This document shows, in pieces, positions 25,330-36,600 of a stretch of DNA of 64,000 nt. The translations under genes and the position numbers were made by a program. Origin of the DNA: Tubiluchus corallicola (taxonomy: Eukaryota; Animalia; Priapulida). Location of the stretch: contig JAQGDQ010000001.1 in the NCBI GenBank assembly GCA_030141605.1, positions 3,038,001 to 3,102,000 of the forward strand. Reading direction: 5' to 3'. The notes under the pieces were generated by a model that saw only the letters and a list, made by a program, of their open reading frames with translations, ran no database searches and had not been told where the DNA came from. Numbering within the stretch: the stretch's first letter is position 1; each line of letters opens with the position of its first letter.

Positions 25330-25540
25330 ACACTTAAGCACTTTTCACCCCCTCCTCCTGTCTAGACATCTGTGTCAAAATGCATCTTTCTTGTATCTAC
25401 TCACTTCCAAAAAGTTTCACGGAAATCTTCTGCCTAATTTTTGCACAGTACGTAGACTTACTGTTATATGTATATATGTACAAAAAACAGTAAACCAAAC
25501 AAAGTTAAAGCATATAACTTCCGGGCAGAGATAATAATAA
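25330..25540 (+). mobile_element. Degenerate Helentron-associated (HINE/DINE-1-like) repeat, 3' end
   Basis: AAAC-rich tract followed by ATAACTTCCGGGCAGAGATAATAATAA, resembling the terminal stem-loop of such elements. Confidence 0.35.
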
Positions 25541-25997
25541 GCAAAATAATTATTGTCTCTGCAGCAACATTAATCCAAAATCATATTATAAATGAGTAAG
25601 GTCCAATGGTCGATGCTCATCCCTATGTACTGGAAGCTAAGTGTGAGCATCGACATTCGAGTATGAATCAGCTTTCTTAGTTGATTCGAGTGGAAAATTA
25701 CAGATGGAATAATTCAGTATTTTGATCAACTACATGCTTCTTGATAATTAAAACTTTTTAAACACCAAGCAATCAATTAACCTCGATTTTTGTGCACAAT
25801 TATTTTCAAACAAAAATTTTTGGTGTATTTACTACAGAATAAAATCGGGTCTTTGTGGAACCGCTTTACTAATGATTCGGAATTTTTTTCGAAAACCTTT
25901 AAAGTTGAATTCCAATGCTCGATATTTGGTTTAATTCGAGTTTGAAAGTCGCAATTTCGATTGAATTTAAATTCGCTTTCTGGTAGAGAATGCTTAC

Positions 25998-26041
25998 CCT
26001 TTGAATACCCTCGTGAGTCGTGAAACGCGAGTAACTGTCAT
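25998..26041 (-). CDS. TSEN54: Candidate TSEN54 first coding exon (MTVTRVSRLTRVFK)
   Basis: ATG at 26041 and strong donor AGG|GTAAGC in phase 2, as needed to join 21658; gives 2256 nt in total. No homology support. Confidence 0.45.
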
Positions 26042-26160
26042 GCCTAAATGAACTGTTGAGGTCGTCTCGAAAAATCATCGTGCATTTGGTGACCCAGCTT
26101 AAGGTCACGAACTCACGATTTCCCATACTACCAGTTGTTAAAAAGCGGAAAATATGTGAG
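26042..26160. promoter_or_regulatory. Candidate bidirectional promoter shared by TSEN54 (-) and CLK (+), with CLK non-coding exon 1 donor
   Basis: CpG-rich patch between a minus-strand donor at 25997 and a plus-strand donor AATAT|GTGAGT at 26155/26156. The CLK ATG exon begins at an acceptor (30468), so a 5' UTR exon is expected. Confidence 0.55.
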
Positions 26161-26549
26161 TATTTGCGGAAATTCTAAAAGTAAAACGGACCTAAGAAAA
26201 AAGACGAAATCAGTCGAATAATAAAAGGTAAAGACAAAATTGAATTTGTGATGTAAGGGAGTACCAATACTTGATTAACCGAAGTGAACGTTGGTGTAAC
26301 TGTGGCTTTTAATTATAAATATAAGTAGTGACCTACGGACCACCCTGCTAACGGTGTGTGGCAGAACTGCTTACTAATAATTAGTAATATTTACTAATAC
26401 TGAGCTGTTCCAGTTAAATAAACAAATAGCGGCTAAAGGCAGCATAGACTAACATCAACTGTGTGTTGAGTAGAATAGTCACTAGTTTAGAGAAAAATAG
26501 TTTTATTTGCTTTGCCTTATAATCTTTACTACATAAGTTGCAAGAGTGC

Positions 26550-27285
26550 GGCGCTATTACACTTTCGCACCGCCTAGCTTTTCCTGGCCTATTGGTTGTT
26601 TTCACGCCTGCAGGCCAGAAAGCAGACCAACAGGCGTAATATACACCATATTCCCATAATATTATTGCTTCTTACACTTTATAAGTCCAGATTAAAATCA
26701 TGCATTACTTACCTACAGCCGCCATTAAAAGCTGCACGTGAATAACCGTGTTTACACCACTAATGCGCAATCGCTCTCGCGCAGTGACGATGTGGCCCTT
26801 AACATGTATTTTTAGTTTATTCTCATAATTTATGATTATTAGGGTTGCAGCCACGGGACCCAAGCTGGCATATACGAGGAGATTATTTTAGACGACTACA
26901 GTTATTTATCATTAATTTTATTTATTACTGTAGTATTATTACTATTAGATTATAAAAAAAGTTAAGGTTTTTTCTTTATTTCGTAAATGCGGTAAAGATG
27001 AAAGTGTGTCACGTGCTTTTAAGCTAGGCCCTGATAATGCATAAACTAGTACGAAATTCGTCACGTGACTACTCACACAAACAAGATGGCGATACACCCT
27101 GTATAGGTGTAGAACTGTGAATACAGCGTAATTATTGGTAATTATACCTAAATATATTATTAAATTACAATTAGATTAGCGGAAACATTCATTGATGACG
27201 TAAGAATAATAGAATGATGAATTACGAGCCTGAAAACGAGTAATAACCTAGAAAAAGCTAGGCGGTGCGAATGTGTAATAGCGCC
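26550..27285. mobile_element. MITE with ~33-bp TIRs and 9-bp TSD (Merlin-like or MULE)
   Basis: TIR GGCGCTATTACAC(T/A)TTCGCACCGCCTAGCTTTT at both ends. Perfect TSD CAAGAGTGC at 26541-26549 and 27286-27294. Confidence 0.88.
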
Positions 27286-27329
27286 CAAGAGTGCTAGCAT
27301 ATAAAAAATGCTTTCAACGCACTCTCTTC

Positions 27330-28010
27330 AGTTATTGTTTAAGGATTGGGGGCATAAACAATTTCACCGCTTAGATTGTTCCACTTTTTTGTACAACACG
27401 GTGTAGAAAATTGCTAACTGTGTTCTCATTCAATATTTTAAACACATTGATAAGATCTATTGTGTTACGAAAGGCTCGAAAGGCACTGAATCAAATGCTT
27501 TACAAAAGTCTAGATATATAATATCTACACCAGAACTATAGTCATCGTCAAAGATTTTAGAGTCATCGTCCAGACATTGAGACATTCTAACAAATTGGTG
27601 GCAGTTGACCTACTAGGAAGAGATCCATGTTGGCTTTCGGTAAAGTAATTATGAATTAATAAAAACCAAAGAACTTCTTGCCAAATTAGCTTCTAAAGGA
27701 TTTTCACGACAACAAGCATAAGAGAAATCAGACGAAGTTCGTCGTACAATGTAGTATTAATCACTTTAGGAAGTGGAGTAATGTTAGCATCCATCCAAGA
27801 CCTCGGCAGTTTTCCTGAATGAAGAGATAGGCAAAACATTCTAAACAAAGGGTGAGCTAACAGGAAAGCACATTTTTTTAACACTAGGCCATGCACCTCA
27901 TCCGGACCCTTAGATTTCTAAGGATAAACAAGCATCAATAAAGACTTAACTTCCTCCACACATAAATCAATATCAGTCATTTCCTGAACAGACCACCTTG
28001 ATGGGCAAGG
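27330..28010 (-). mobile_element. Degenerate LINE RT fragment (CR1/L2-group)
   Basis: SLHSGKLPRSWMDANITPLPK...ELRLISL...KIL, the typical pre-RT segment; frameshifted. Confidence 0.8.
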
Positions 28011-28149
28011 TAACACTTTTACTCGGACTTTAGTTTTTAAGAAGGTATTAATTATCCATACAAATATATATAATGTATATATATATTAATAGAGTGAGGA
28101 AATGAATGGTGAGGAAGATAAAGAAATGAAAAATACTGAAGAAGAGTTA

Positions 28150-28850
28150 AATAAAGATGATAGTGATGTTTTAGAGATAGTGTCGCAAAACTTGAAAGAA
28201 GCTGAGTTGGGGATGCGAAGGCTGTTGTAAGAAGGTTATTGAAAAAGATGATGGATGGGATTCGTAGAGAATGCACTGGAATTTCAAAAAAGAGATATAA
28301 AGCTATAGGTGTGCCAAATGAGGCAATAGATGATGATGCCTCAGTGTGGTTTTGCGTATGATATGCAAGACTAATAAATGAAGTGCTTAGATTAGAAAAT
28401 ACTGAAATAGTTAGAATACCTAGACTATGGAAAATGAAAAAAGGACATTGTGCAAGTGGGAAATGGGAATGGGAAATAATTATGAAGTTGGGGAGGAACA
28501 AAATAGATCTGAAATAGAAAATTGAAAATCGACATATGGAAACTGACATGTTTAAGATGAAGTGGAACTTGGCTAGTAGTAGTGAAGAAGAAGTGAAGAG
28601 ACTGAAATAAGAGGAAAAAATAGGGGGTTGGAAATCCAAACTTAAGGAGAGGAGTGGTTACATATAAAGAAAAACTAGAAGAGGCAGCAAGTGAATTTGG
28701 TAATACAAAACAAGAAAACAGTAGCTTCTCTAAATTAGTAACTGAATTAAAAGAAGTCAGTGCAAAATTAGAAGTAAAATTTGCAGGACGGAATAATGTC
28801 AGATATAAAAAAGATGGCTTAAACCAAAAACGAAGCTGATCATATTAATT
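28150..28850 (+). mobile_element. Degenerate LINE ORF1 fragment (PHD finger + coiled coil)
   Basis: Purine-rich relic with GCEGCCKK...H...WFCV and a downstream E/K-rich helix (28654-28839); many stops. Confidence 0.5.
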
Positions 28851-30473
28851 TTTTTGAAGCAGATTAATCTGACAATGAAAGCGATGGGTAAACACCATAC
28901 TTATGCATTCTGAGAGAGGCAAATATTCTAGTGTTTACTTAGGTAGCAAAAATCAGAATCAGCTATCCTTATACCCTTCGGGTACCCAGATACTTGATTG
29001 TTAAGATTCAGCAGCAGTGAAGAAATTGCAATCATCTATATTCACAAACAAAAACAACCACTAGTACATTTCAACAAATTGCACTGTTATTTTAACAACA
29101 AGCATTCAATTATGTGCTAAGGGCCTGAACACACAAACTGTGAGTTGCAAAAGTTAATGTTTTCCCATTCAAGGTATCTGACTGAGTTTTTATCTGCCAG
29201 ACTTAATTGCATGCTTTATCAATGACTCAGCTTTGTCAACCTAGGTACTATGATTAGGGGAATAAAATAATTTATATTGTCTTTTTTGTGTGAGGTTAAA
29301 CTTAACAATCTGTTTGTTCATATCTTTGTTAGTGATTTGAAATAGATTTTTAAGTGTTAATAAACAATTTCATTTGGATAATTAACCTCCTGGTAAAGAA
29401 ACCACGGTAGGTTTTAGTAAGTCACCCCTGGTGTGTAAAAGTGATTTGATCTGCCATCTCCCTGCTGGATATAGGTCTGGGTGCTGCCATAGTCCTTAGC
29501 TAGTACGTACCTACTGTACCTACTACACAGCAGAAGTACTAAGTAGGCAGCGGTATGCAAATTTTAAATTCTTTAATAAATGGACACCATCTTACAAATA
29601 ATGTCGGCATTTTCATTGTTGGAACCAGGTAGCAATATTAGGCACTACTTAGAAATAAACAATGCCGGTAATTACTTGGGTTGCTATGTACCTGATAGAA
29701 ACACAAAATATTTCAGTGGGCAGCACAACAAAAGGTGCTGGAATTTTGATAAGAATGGTGACTTAACTGTAATTCGTACTATTACAAGGATACTTGTATA
29801 GCTTATACATGTCTAACTACATTAATATTATAACAATTAATAATGATAGAAATTTATTGAATATTCTGAATACCATTTACAAATAAAAGACCATGGATAA
29901 GAATACAGTAATATAATTTTATTTAAATGAAAATGCATAATTTGTGCTAACTGTTAAAAGATCCTGCTGATGCTTTTTTGCCCCACTTGAACATCATAGG
30001 CAACGCAGGATGTAGGCACTTGTAACTTTTAAGTGTATGTAGTACAGTTATTGCAAAATTATGAAATTAAATTATTAATGTAATGAAAATTATTGCAAAA
30101 ACTTTACATGCATGCATAAGCACCGATTAGCGGAAAGCTGCAGCCTGTCTAACAACGTGGCACCTGCTGTTGCATCACTTTTTGTGTGAGCCTACCAGTC
30201 TCTCTCTCTAGTCTCTGTGCGCATGCATCTAAATCTGTGATAATAATAGAACTTTTATTTGAGTGAAAGAAAATTTTGAGTAGCTAATGTAGATTGCAGG
30301 CCATAAGTGTACTTGCCTTTGGTAACATTTGTCCTTTGCTCTGATAATATGTCCTATGATAAGTCCCTTGTTCTAATTAAATAAAAAAAATAAAAAAATT
30401 TCAAAGTGTGTTCACAAGAAAACAGTTTTATGAACAATAATTTTCGTATATTTAACTTAATTTTTAGGACATA

Positions 30474-30634
30474 ATGTCTCGATCAAAGCAATACTTGTCC
30501 AGTCGCCATAGTCATGCTAGACACAGATCACGATCCAGGAGTAGGCGGCGGCCCGATAGTCGAGATTCTGTTGAAGAATATAACCGTAAGCACTATATGT
30601 CAAAAAGATCTGCTTCCAGAAGCAGACGTAGGAG
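30474..30634 (+). CDS. CLK: CLK first coding exon (RS-rich)
   Basis: Acceptor ends 30467. Encodes [26 protein letters not shown]...SASRSRRR; donor AG|GTAAAT. Confidence 0.8.
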
Positions 30635-33600
30635 GTAAATATTCATTTGCAGTATTAACCAGTATTAATTTGCAATTGTAAATTTGACACATGTTAAATA
30701 GTATGCACATATCAACTTTTTTTATTCATTTAAGTTAGTAAAGTTAATGATTTAATTTATACATATATTATATACATATACAATATAAGATATTATAGAT
30801 AATTTAGATATCTAACTTATCGATATGAATTTTCAATATTGTCATAGTGTACTGTAAATGTGTACATGGATTACAATGCTATCTATTGACCTGAATGATC
30901 CGGTTAGTCTGCTAAAAGATGGCAGCGCTTGTTTATTGCCAGAAAATTGCTTGCCCTATTTATGGCATGTAAGATTTATTGTACAAAATACTGGCATGAC
31001 TATAATGCATGTAAAAAATAGGAACGTTTTGAGAAAGTTATAGGCATTATTCACATTTAGGTTGTTTAGTTTGTGTTTTCACTTGTGTACATGTGATTAC
31101 AGTAGTTACAGACTTAGTGTTGCAGCTTGTACAGCATGCTTACTTTGTAGTTGTAACCGGACAACAAACATAATAACATTGTACACTAAGCATTATAATA
31201 ACATTAGTATAAAATGGCATAATCCCGGGCACATACCTGATTCACTTCTGTCTTGTTGCTTATTATAATATTTCCAGCTTTAAGTTACCTCTAAACAAGG
31301 TAAGGTTGCCTTTTTCTTTCTTGTTATTTTGTTCAAGTATTTTAGCTTTATCTTGTGCCTGTATCACTACTGGGATATTTCTTCTTTGGACTAAGTAATG
31401 CCACTTGCAGTTGACCCTTTTTCTTGGCCAATTAGTTCAGTGCGTAGTTCAGACCAGTTAGCTTAGCGATTAGATCCTTAACTTGTGACCTAAGGGTTGC
31501 AAGTTCGAGTCACACGAGTCATAAATCTTTTGATTTGGCATTATTCTTATGCAAGGCAGTTAAATGACCAGTATTACATCCACAGTAATCTAGTGTCTCT
31601 ATGAGGGAACCATGGAAGGATGTGCTGTTAGTTGGTTGCTGGATTTGAATGCTTGCTTTGGGGGAGGGGTGTTGAGATTTGTGCTGAAATGAACAGATCC
31701 TATGATAAGGAATAAGGTTGTAAAGTTGTACACAAAAACAACTAATTTTTGTAATGTTAGAAGCATCCTTCTTTAATATAGAAATATTAAAACTGCTTAA
31801 ATATTATTTGGAGAACACAGTTTGTAGCTTAGCGTCATATGGTTTGGGCGGGTTAAACTTTCATATGACTTCAACTGACCATAGTCTGGTCTGTCAAGTA
31901 CTTGCAGTAAACTGTTCTAGTGGCAAAGTTTTTTTATAATCTCATAATTTGTTTCTGGTGTTTTGTCTCTTCAGTTTTGTTAGGCGATCCATATTAACTG
32001 GTGTACATAAGTATCATTTGGCTTTGGTTAAATTTACAGTAAAAAATGTTCTTGTTTTCATGAGCGTGCTATTTATAAAATCTTCGTTGCATGCTGTTCA
32101 GATTTTTCTGAGCAGAAGAATCTGCAGCTGAAGTCGTTTCATAAGTTTCATGAAATTTTCTGCAAGAGTCTAATGTTTTTATGTTTTTTTGTGTGACTGT
32201 GATTTACATGCAGCATGGCTGAATTTATTCTCAGTGCCTTTGAACAGATGTGCCTTTCTCCAACTCTGATGAAGACTGGAGTAGATTTGATGTAATAATG
32301 GAAAAAGATGTCATTTTATGTATTTGTGATCATCCATGAAACATGGAAGCATTCTTCAACTGTAGTAACAAACTAACAGTGCAGTAAATCAATTTCATCT
32401 GACACTTCTGCAGTACTTTATAATGAGTTCAGCAGTTTTTGTGTTTGATGTCTCCTCAGTAACTTTTTCAACAATTTCAGCAAACTAACACTCGCTCGAA
32501 AATTTGTGGTAGACAAACATTTTATTTAGCTTAAGTTCAAGCATTTATATTCTAGTTTTTCTAGTACATGCTTCACTGATGAAAATAATATACAAGAAGA
32601 TTATGAATTATAATGTTAACAGTAGTAATGTAGTAGCAAATTATTTTATAAGTACTCAAGACTTTTTTGCCGCTAAGCTGGTAACTTGAAGTGAATGTGA
32701 TAGTCTGTAAAAATAAGAACTGCCTTGCTTAGAGCAAATTGCATCTATAATCCAGATATTCTTTTTATGGATTAAGTAACATGATTACAAACATTAATGA
32801 GTGATGGATTATCTGGAATTTAAATTTGCAGTGACTCGGTCTGTAGTCCTTTCATATCTGTTAGTTTTTTTAATCATTTGCGGTATCACAAAATGCTGTA
32901 TTTCAAGTTCCTTGACAAGGTATGTTAAAAAGTTGCCATTCTATAAAACTGTAATAGATTCTTTTGTATATATAATTTGTTCTTTTCTAATATGATCAGT
33001 CTATTACTGCTTTCTCAGTAGGTACAGGTATCATCGATGTAAGCACGAGAAGAGGAGAGAACATGGGAAAACTTCACGAAGGAGTAGATATCGCCACCGT
33101 AATCACACTTACGAAACTTCTAGTTCAACTACAGCGAGTCGCCGCCGCCACCGTCGTGATGCCAGTTCTGTGACAAAGGTGGGTTTTATATAATTTTTAC
33201 ATCCTGTCATTGAGAGTATATTAGTAGTTAAACACTGCAGCCACAACACATTACCTTAACAACCTGATTTGTATTGAAACGAGAAAATGCAAGCTTTGGC
33301 TTGTTCTTCTAAAACACTGCATCAGGATCTGCTTAGAATTTTGAGAAGCTCTAATCACTGACTTCCCTTTTTGGGTGTTGTTTTTGCTGCTGAAGTAAGT
33401 ACAGAGCATTTTCAACTCCTTTATGAATTATGAAAATTTACGATTATTTAGGTATTAGCTTATTTGTAAATGCTAATGTTACTTACTAAGGAATGGAATG
33501 AGATGACAGAACAGGATATTGTGTGCAAGGTGTTTATAAGTTTATATGTATGTGCAAACTTTACGTGAGAAAAGCGGAAAATTTTCACACAAGCTACACA

Positions 33601-36600
33601 ATTTTGACACACCTTTTGGAGTCCCACTGAGACTTTTTTGACAGGAAATATCATAATTACTGCGTTAGGATACTTTTTAAGAACTGCCGAATGATGTAAA
33701 GCTAAATTGTAGTGTTTTAATTCTATAATTTACAATTACATTATTCTGCTACTTGCTAGTAACAGTACCAAATAATGTAGTCCTGAGCACAATCTAGGTT
33801 TACTTAAAATAAATGCAAAACTTTAATTTTTTTCCTTTAATTTTTTTTGTGATTTTAATTTCTAGCATTGATCTAATTGAACACAATGAATTAAATAATA
33901 TGCTTGTTCCCTTTCTTGAACTGTTTCCTTTGCTTGTTCATCTGATGCCAGTATTCAGTGTGCCATTTAATCAGCTTTCTAAGATTAATCATGTTTAGTA
34001 AATGACTTGAGGCAGTCATCCATCTTGAAGTGGCATTATCTGTTTAGACTGTTTTGTTGTATTTTCTTGAAGCAAAACTGAATAATTACTTTTACCGAAT
34101 CTCGTTACCATAACTGTCTCAGTCTGGTTGTGCCATGGCTTATGAAGTGCTTTAATTAAATTAAATCTGGCGATTTCAATTTGACTTATATTGTTAATAT
34201 ATTTTCACCAATTTTAATTTTAAAACATTTACTTCCTTTTCTGTGGTAGCTCCTGTTCCTTTTAGGGCTGTCAAAATTCTGAACCAGTGGTCAAACTATT
34301 TTTTTAACATAACCAAAGTATTCTTCCAACAAAATCTTGTTTAGCTTGTGTTGACTTCCTGTCTATCGGGTGTTTGTGGGATGCATGTGTATTGTGCAGA
34401 TAATGGATGCTGTTGCAAGTTGCAATTATCTACACTTAATTACTAGTTGACTGCCATGCAGCATAATAAAGAATTAAGGACACCACCAAGGTTAAATATA
34501 TGATAATTTTTAGCTGATAAGGCGCTTGTGTGATCCATTATGCAGCTTTTTAATTCAGAAACCTTCCATGGAAAACATGTAGATTTTTGCTACAGACTTA
34601 CAAAGTACCAAATCTAAAATGCAGTGAAAATTACTCTACCACAATTCTAGATGTCTAATTGTCTATATTAGTTCTTTATCTAAATGAATGCTTTCTGTTT
34701 CAGTTTCTGTCATTGCATCATGTGCTAGTTTATCTGTTGTAAAACCTACATTCCTTTATTCATTTTTTACTGTGCCAGTTGAGCAACCAGCTATTAGAGC
34801 TGCCTTAATGGGTTTTTTATTATGATTGGGATTTCTTTTTTTGTATTAGTGGAATTCTGAGAAATGTTATGAAAAGAATGTGGAATGGTTTGCAAATTGT
34901 AGTAAAAGGGCTATTTGTTGGTTTAGAGAAGCTTGTATTGTTAGGTATCTATCATTAAAGTATTTTCTATATATAGTAGCTCAGGTCTACCCATTTCTTA
35001 TCAGAATCAAAGCAAACAGATTTTTTTTTATTTAAGAATCAGTTGTAATTCCAATAGAAATGATGATAGATAAAATTAATTCTGTAGTGGCGTGAGCTGA
35101 AGTTATTCTGGTTATAAAGGATTCGCACGTATGTCATTTATGGCAACGACATGAATTTAACAGATTTTCTTATTTGCTGATCAGAAAGTGTGGGTATTGA
35201 TGCAAATATCGAAAATGTAGTTAAATGACTGTGATGAAAAATTTCAGCTGATTCCGATGCGTATAATGATCAGAGCTGATCATGTGGTAAAGATGTACTT
35301 AGTTAATTTTGCTGATTCATATGTAACTGAACTAGTCTGTCAACTCAAGTCATTTGCATTGTGCATTTATGACCCATATTCAACATCTTTGATTGTCTGT
35401 TGCTGATTTTGTGCCATTTTTACAGAGTTCTCTGCAATTAAAAGCATTTCTGCAGTGATCTTGAGTTAGTATGCTGCCGTTCTTGAGTCGTTATGATGCA
35501 GTTGAACGTTCGCCACATGTTTGGTGGCTTTTGTTTTTAAAAAGCGCTGATCTGACATTAAAGCATTTTGCATTGTACGCATATTCCTAGCGTGCGTACA
35601 GTGTTTCCCAGCGTGCGTATAGTCTTCTTTAGGATTTGAAATAGCTTTTATTTGTCTTTGTTGTCTGCTTTTATCAGCTGTGATTAATTTCTGAGTATGT
35701 GTGTTAGAGTAGGCATCAAAATAGGAAATGTGCAACGCGTGCAAAGCTATTTTTTGAATAAATTTGCTTTATGTTTGTTCGGTATTTGCAAAATCGCACA
35801 GTTAGCGGCTTACCGCTTAATAACCATGATTGCCATTTCGCCCTGGCTGATTGCTATTACGCTAGCCGGCTAAATTAATGTACATTTACGTTGCGGCTGA
35901 GCGGACTATACCTATGTGGGATGACGTCGCGTGAGGAGATGATAGTAGCTAAAGTCAATAGTCGTCCTACATGCTGAATAATAACTACGTAACTTCGAAT
36001 GCAGTGAAGGGCGAGGTCTTAATTAACGTCATGCAAAGCGAAAATTTATTTATAAATTTGCATTGTAGGGTAGCATGTAGCTTACGAGTTCATTGGAACA
36101 TTTTTTGGAATTTATTTTAAAGATGTTTTTTATATTATGTTTGCAATCTACGTTAATAATTTGATTCAGATTGAAGTTGAAGTATTGTTTGGATTTTTGC
36201 ACTATTACGATGTGCTGATTGACAACGCCATGAAACTTTCATTTTGCCAATAGAAATAAATTTTGTAGAGCTAACTTATCGTCTATTCTGTTGAAGACTA
36301 CTCCCTGATTTTTACAGTTCACAAAAAGTTTTCTGTTGGGGTTTATTGCTGATTTGGATGTTAGGAAGTTGTCTTCCGTACTTCAAGCTCAAAACGTTGC
36401 CCTTTTCCTCGTATACTATCTATAGTTGTAAAGCAAAGGTATTCGGATGAATACTTGTTTGGCTTTTCTGCGACGGCTAAATGATAGCAACTCCATGACA
36501 TCATTAAAGGGGAATCTCGTTTAGACATTTAAAGTGCAAAAACTAGCAATCCTCGTTTGGTTTCAATCAGTCACTTATTTACATAATTTTAAGTGTCCAA

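Noticed and set aside
28052-28639. 195-aa F/S/I-rich minus-strand ORF
   Set aside because: Antisense of a purine-rich LINE ORF1 relic.
31452-31525. tRNA-His(GTG) gene
   Set aside because: The boxes are degenerate, the acceptor stem does not pair and the sequence continues into a SINE-like body; treated as a SINE head.
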